64,000 nucleotides of DNA. It comes from Dehalococcoidia bacterium (GTDB taxonomy: Bacteria > Chloroflexota > Dehalococcoidia > GIF9 > AB-539-J10). A program made the position numbers and the translations under genes. The notes beneath the pieces were generated by a model. It did no database searches, was not told the DNA's origin, and worked only from the letters and a program-made list of their open reading frames with translations. Positions 59,315 through 64,000 of this stretch are shown here, one piece after another. How positions within the stretch are numbered: the first letter of the stretch is position 1; every line of letters begins with the position of its first letter. The stretch covers positions 1 to 64,000 of the forward strand of contig JAUWOR010000006.1 in NCBI GenBank assembly GCA_030612025.1, written 5' to 3'.

Positions 59315-62300
59315 TTATAATCTAGCTTTAAATTTTGGCTTTACCTCGGCGAAGAAATTTATTTTCTCCTCATCTTCATTGAGTAGCTCAACAGCAAAAC
59401 CCAAGCTACGTAGTTCCATAAACAAAACTTTACACGACTCCGGGACACCAAGTTGATAGATATCTTCACCTTTAATAATAGCCTCGTAGGTTTTGGCTCG
59501 ACCCATCACATCATCCGACTTTACAGTAAGCATTTCTTGAAGCATATGTGCGGCACCATAGCCTTCCAACGCCCATACCTCCATCTCACCAAAGCGCTGA
59601 CCACCAAATTGAGCTTTCCCACCCAAAGGCTGCTGCGTGATGAGTGAATATGGACCGGTAGAGCGAGCATGCGCTTTATCTTCCACAAGGTGTAGCAACT
59701 TCATCATGTAGACATTGCCTATGGTTATTGGTTGGTCAAAGGATTCACCAGTCCTTCCATCACGAAGCTCTATCTTGCCAAAGATAGGTGGATAAAGCCT
59801 TCGCTCTTCATAAAATCTTTTTGCCATCTGCTCCAAATCATCGTCACTTAGATCTCGCACATTCATGCCCAATTCCTCAAGCCACAAACAAAGGGAAGCC
59901 CTTTTAGCCCTTCCTCGATATTTTTCATCCATTATTTCCTCAGCAGTAAAACCATGCTGGGCTAGCCATGTCTTGATCTTCTCCTGATTAGCTGCTATTG
60001 AGTTTTCTGAGTTAAGGCTAACAGCGCCGGCTTCCCAAGCTATCCAGGCCCTAGCTAAAGCATCCTCAATAGCTACGGCATCAGCTCCATCAAAAACTGG
60101 ATTAATTGCTCTAAAACCCAATACATGGGCTGCCCAACCCAAATGAGCCTCTAAGACTTGTCCAATATTCATACGGGATGGAACGCCCAGCGGATTAAGA
60201 ATAATATCCACAGGTGTGCCATCAGGCAGAAATGGCATGTCTTCCTCAGGCACTATGATGGAGATAACCCCTTTATTGCCATGCCTGCCTGACACTTTAT
60301 CACCGACTGAGATCTTGCGTTTTTGGGCAACCCACACTCGCACAATCTTATTAACTCCCGCCGACAATTCATCATGCTTATCACGGGAGAAGACTCTTGT
60401 ATCAATCACTCTCCCCCACCCTCCAGGCGATACCTTGAGAGAGCTATCCTTCACCTCACGCACCTTCTCCCCAAAAATAGCTCGTAGTAATTTCTCCTCT
60501 GCTGAAGGCTCAGTCTCACCTTTGGGGGTGATCTTCCCTACCAAGATATTGCCAGCGCTTACCTCAGCACCAATACGGATAATGCCCTGCTCATCAAGAT
60601 CACTCAGGCTTTCCTCACTTACATTGGGTATATCCCTGGTGATTTCCTCCGGTCCAAGCTTTGTATCTCGCGCCTCTATTTCATACTTCTCAATGTGGAT
60701 AGAGGTATAGGTATCGTCTTTAACCAGCCTTTCACTGATGATAACGGCATCTTCAAAATTATACCCTCGCCAGCTCATAAAGGCACAGGTAACATTCTGC
60801 CCCAAGGCAAGTCCTCCATCATCGATTGCGGTACTGTTTACTAAGACTTGACCCTTTTTAACCCTATCTCCCTTGTTTACTATGGGATATTGGTTAATAC
60901 ACGTTCCTTGATTAGTTCTGACGAACTTAATTAGCTCGTAAACATGATTTTTGCCCCTCTCATCTTCAATTACAATTTGCGAGCTGGTTGCGGAAGTCAC
61001 TACACCATCTTCGGGAGCAAATATCACTTGTCCGCTGTATTTAGCTACTTCCCTCTCCATCCCCGTGGCCACTAAGGGAGCCCGAGGGCGTAGCAGCGGT
61101 ACTGCCTGGCGCTGCATATTCGAGCCCATTAAAGCGCGATTAGCATCATCATGCTCCAGAAATGGAATAAGCGAGGCAGATACACTGAATATCTGCTTCG
61201 GGGAAACGTCCATGAAATCTATTTTGTCTGCCGCTTCCTTAAAATACTTGCTCCCCATCTTAACCTCAATTTTTTCTTCCGCAAACTCATTCCTCTCATT
61301 TAGAGGAACCTTAGCCTGAGCAATGGCATATTGATCCTCCTCATCAGCGGTTAGATAAGTAACTTGATTGGAAACGAAAGGAACCACTTTGATAGTTTGC
61401 GTAGAAAGCGAAGCTAACTTTTGCGCCACCTCTTCTGTAACTAATATGCCAGATTTAGCTATAAGACAGCCTTCATTATCCACTATATCCTCTCGGATCG
61501 TCCTCCCTAATAACTCTGATACAGCATTAGGAACTTCATGGATAACTCTGCGATACGGAGTTTCCACAAAACCATATTTATTAATTGAAGCATAAATAGC
61601 TAGAGAGCCGATCAAACCGATATTAGGACCCTCAGGCGTCTCTATGGGGCAAATTCTTCCGTAATGGGAATGATGCACATCACGAACTTCAAAGCCAGCC
61701 CGCTGCCTAGAGAGCCCACCAGGACCGGTAGCAGATAGGCGACGCTTATGAGTCAGTTCGGCTAACGGATTAGTTTGATCCATAAACTGTGATAATTGAG
61801 ACCGACCAAAAAAATCCCTCATAGTAGCTACTATAGGACGAATATTGATCAAAGTAGAAGGAGTTGCTTCAGGACCAAGGATGCTCATCCGCTCTTTAAT
61901 AGCTCTCTCTAAATGGAATAACCCAATCCGAAATTGATTTTGTGTCAGAAAACCTACGGTATGTGCTCGCCGATTGCCTAAGTGGTCAATATCATCAGAA
62001 GTCTCTTTGCCATTATTGATCAAAATAATGTGGCGCACTATCTGCACTATATCTTCAGGTTTTAAGCCAAGATAATCCTTAGGGACGTTAACCCCTAACT
62101 TCTTATTAAGCTTGTAGCGGCCAACCTCGCCTAAGCTATAGCGCCGAGGATTGAATAGGAAATTCTTCAGCAACGTTTGGGCACTATCGAGGCTAGGAGG
62201 CACACCAGAGGATAATTTGCGATAAACATCAACTAACGCTTCAGCTTTGCTCCTAATCAAAGGGTCTCGCTCTATTGTGGACCGAATAAAAGAATGGTCA

Positions 62301-62953
62301 GGAGCGTCATCTACGTCTTGGAAAAGAGCTAATAAAGCATCATCGCTACCAAAGCCTATAGCGCGTAACAAAGTGGTAACAGGTATTTTCCGTTTCCCAT
62401 TCACTTTGACTGAAATCACATCACGACCGGAAGTATCAAAATCAAGCCATGCCCCGCGCTCAGCAACCAGCTTAGCAAAGCATAACTCTCGTTTTCCCAC
62501 ACTATCCTTCTCTAAAGTAAAGTAAACGCCTGGAAAGCGGGTCAACTGGCTGACTACTACCCGCTCCGCTCCAGAAATAATAAAAGTGCCTTTGTCCGTC
62601 ATCAAAGGAAAATCGCCAAAAAATAACTCCTGTTGCTTAATCTCACCTGTCCCTTTAGCCACTAGACGAACTAAAACATGGAGAGGCGAGGAATAAGTCA
62701 TACCTCGCTCAAGGCACTCTTCGATGGAATGCTCAGGCTCACGAAACTCATAATCGGAAAAATATAGCTCCCCCCTAGTACCAGTATAATCCTGGATAGG
62801 CGAAATCTCCTCAAATAGCTTCTTCAGACCTTCTTCCTGAAACCAATGAAAGGAATCAAGCTGAACTCGAATTAGGTCAGGTACCTCTACCATCTCAGGC
62901 AACTTAGCAAAAGATTTCACTAACACGTGCTTAGACATCAACGAAACAGCCAT
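59315..62953 (-). CDS. rpoB: RNA polymerase beta subunit
   Basis: [34 protein letters not shown]. Confidence 0.98.
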   Translation of the reverse strand: MAVSLMSKHVLVKSFAKLPEMVEVPDLIRVQLDSFHWFQEEGLKKLFEEISPIQDYTGTRGELYFSDYEFREPEHSIEECLERGMTYSSPLHVLVRLVAKGTGEIKQQELFFGDFPLMTDKGTFIISGAERVVVSQLTRFPGVYFTLEKDSVGKRELCFAKLVAERGAWLDFDTSGRDVISVKVNGKRKIPVTTLLRAIGFGSDDALLALFQDVDDAPDHSFIRSTIERDPLIRSKAEALVDVYRKLSSGVPPSLDSAQTLLKNFLFNPRRYSLGEVGRYKLNKKLGVNVPKDYLGLKPEDIVQIVRHIILINNGKETSDDIDHLGNRRAHTVGFLTQNQFRIGLFHLERAIKERMSILGPEATPSTLINIRPIVATMRDFFGRSQLSQFMDQTNPLAELTHKRRLSATGPGGLSRQRAGFEVRDVHHSHYGRICPIETPEGPNIGLIGSLAIYASINKYGFVETPYRRVIHEVPNAVSELLGRTIREDIVDNEGCLIAKSGILVTEEVAQKLASLSTQTIKVVPFVSNQVTYLTADEEDQYAIAQAKVPLNERNEFAEEKIEVKMGSKYFKEAADKIDFMDVSPKQIFSVSASLIPFLEHDDANRALMGSNMQRQAVPLLRPRAPLVATGMEREVAKYSGQVIFAPEDGVVTSATSSQIVIEDERGKNHVYELIKFVRTNQGTCINQYPIVNKGDRVKKGQVLVNSTAIDDGGLALGQNVTCAFMSWRGYNFEDAVIISERLVKDDTYTSIHIEKYEIEARDTKLGPEEITRDIPNVSEESLSDLDEQGIIRIGAEVSAGNILVGKITPKGETEPSAEEKLLRAIFGEKVREVKDSSLKVSPGGWGRVIDTRVFSRDKHDELSAGVNKIVRVWVAQKRKISVGDKVSGRHGNKGVISIIVPEEDMPFLPDGTPVDIILNPLGVPSRMNIGQVLEAHLGWAAHVLGFRAINPVFDGADAVAIEDALARAWIAWEAGAVSLNSENSIAANQEKIKTWLAQHGFTAEEIMDEKYRGRAKRASLCLWLEELGMNVRDLSDDDLEQMAKRFYEERRLYPPIFGKIELRDGRTGESFDQPITIGNVYMMKLLHLVEDKAHARSTGPYSLITQQPLGGKAQFGGQRFGEMEVWALEGYGAAHMLQEMLTVKSDDVMGRAKTYEAIIKGEDIYQLGVPESCKVLFMELRSLGFAVELLNEDEEKINFFAEVKPKFKARL

Positions 62954-63083
62954 AATCTTTTCTCCTCAAAACAAAAGTGAAACCTAATCTTTGTAAGGCA
63001 TTTAAACTGTAAGATGTTCACTAGAGGAAAATTTAAAGCTAATAAGAAGGAGGGGAAGGGCAATAAACATAACGCAAACTTAT

Positions 63084-63112
63084 AATCTAACATTAATAAA
63101 ATATTTTGTCAA
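63084..63112 (-). promoter_or_regulatory. sigma70 promoter of rpoBC
   Basis: Minus strand TTGACA-N17-TAGATT. Confidence 0.6.
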
Positions 63113-63223
63113 GTCCCAGGGACCTAAAAACAGCGATTGAAAAAATTTTTGCCACCCAGATGCCACCATAGTCCTCAAAATTGTCCCAGAGGCTAGCGAT
63201 AGGTTGCTATATTTATACCCAAA

Positions 63224-64000
63224 TTATTTCTCCTTGGCCACTCGTTTGAGTTCATAAAGCTTGCCAATAGCTTCTAAGGGCGACATGGAATCAATGTCGA
63301 GTTTAGCAATCTCATCGGCTAATAAAGAGTCTTTCGGGAAAAGGGAAAGTTGCTGTGCTTTCCGCCGAAGGGTCTTGCTTTTCTTGGAAGCATGGCTCTC
63401 TTCCAACTCAATTAAAACTTCCTGAGCTCGATTAATCACCGATCTTGGCAAGCCAGCTAGCTGAGCCACATGAATACCATAACTCCTGTCAGTGCCTCCG
63501 GGAACAATTTTATGCAAAAAGACGACCTTGTCCCCCTCTCCAGCCACAGCCACATTGAAGTTTTTCACCCTGGGCAAGGTATTAGCTAAATCCACCAACT
63601 CATGATAGTGGGTGGCAAAAAGAGTTTTTGCGCCTAGCCTGGGTGACCCATGAATAAACTCAGCCACTGCCCAAGCGATGGAAAGCCCATCGTAAGTGCT
63701 CGTACCCCGCCCAATTTCGTCCAAGATGACCAAAGAACGAGGAGTGGCATTATGTAAGATATTTGCCGTCTCGGTCATCTCCACCATGAAAGTAGACTGC
63801 CCGGCAGCTAAGTCTTCTTGAGCGCCAATTCGGGTGAAGATGCGGTCAATAATACCAATGGTGGCAGAATCCGCAGGAACAAAGCTGCCTATTTGAGCCA
63901 AAAGAACTATCAAGGCTACCTGTCTCAAATAAGTGGATTTCCCCGACATGTTTGGACCGGTAAGTATGATAAGTTGGTTATCCTTATTACATAAGTAAGT
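63224..64000 (-). CDS. mutS: DNA mismatch repair protein MutS (3' part; truncated by window edge)
   Basis: [31 protein letters not shown]. Confidence 0.97.
   Translation of the reverse strand, partial: TYLCNKDNQLIILTGPNMSGKSTYLRQVALIVLLAQIGSFVPADSATIGIIDRIFTRIGAQEDLAAGQSTFMVEMTETANILHNATPRSLVILDEIGRGTSTYDGLSIAWAVAEFIHGSPRLGAKTLFATHYHELVDLANTLPRVKNFNVAVAGEGDKVVFLHKIVPGGTDRSYGIHVAQLAGLPRSVINRAQEVLIELEESHASKKSKTLRRKAQQLSLFPKDSLLADEIAKLDIDSMSPLEAIGKLYELKRVAKEK

Noticed and set aside
159-62525. Numerous 60-160 aa antisense or overlapping ORFs in the track
   Set aside because: They are shadows of well-supported genes, with no motifs or RBS.
55250-62953. Large inserts in RpoB and RpoC as possible inteins or repeat insertions
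   Set aside because: No intein terminal motifs (C/S...HN) or palindromic DNA. They fit ordinary lineage-specific polymerase insertions.

Overview
Bacterial chromosomal window. Gene content and the large RpoB/RpoC inserts suggest Chloroflexota, Dehalococcoidia-like (inference). Most of it is housekeeping: cmk-plsC-ispH, miaB-yajC-nadA-nadC, a Fur/CooT/metal-ABC operon, nusA-ylxR-infB-rbfA, ino1...pgsA-purA, rpsO-pnp-dapB-asd-dapA, purF-purM-purH, a pncA-pncB fusion and mutS-rpoB-rpoC-ruvB. An accessory zone at about 36.5-50 kb holds TA modules, a type IIG/ISP-like RM gene, DUF763 and a tandem Cas4-like nuclease. Four non-standard structures stand out. (1) Scattered integron pieces: an integrase C-terminal remnant, attI-like sites, two attC sites and gene cassettes with recognisable boundaries. 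(2) Three TA micro-islands, each bounded by a diverged duplicate of a host gene terminus. (3) A four-helix-bundle (Avd/IVS-like) gene inside nested heptamer-periodic inverted repeats, with gene-less heptamer arm pairs elsewhere. (4) Several families of short palindromic repeats, one inserted in frame into ispH, miaB, nadC and purH. No rRNA, tRNA or CRISPR array was recognised. All assignments are by eye, without database searches.
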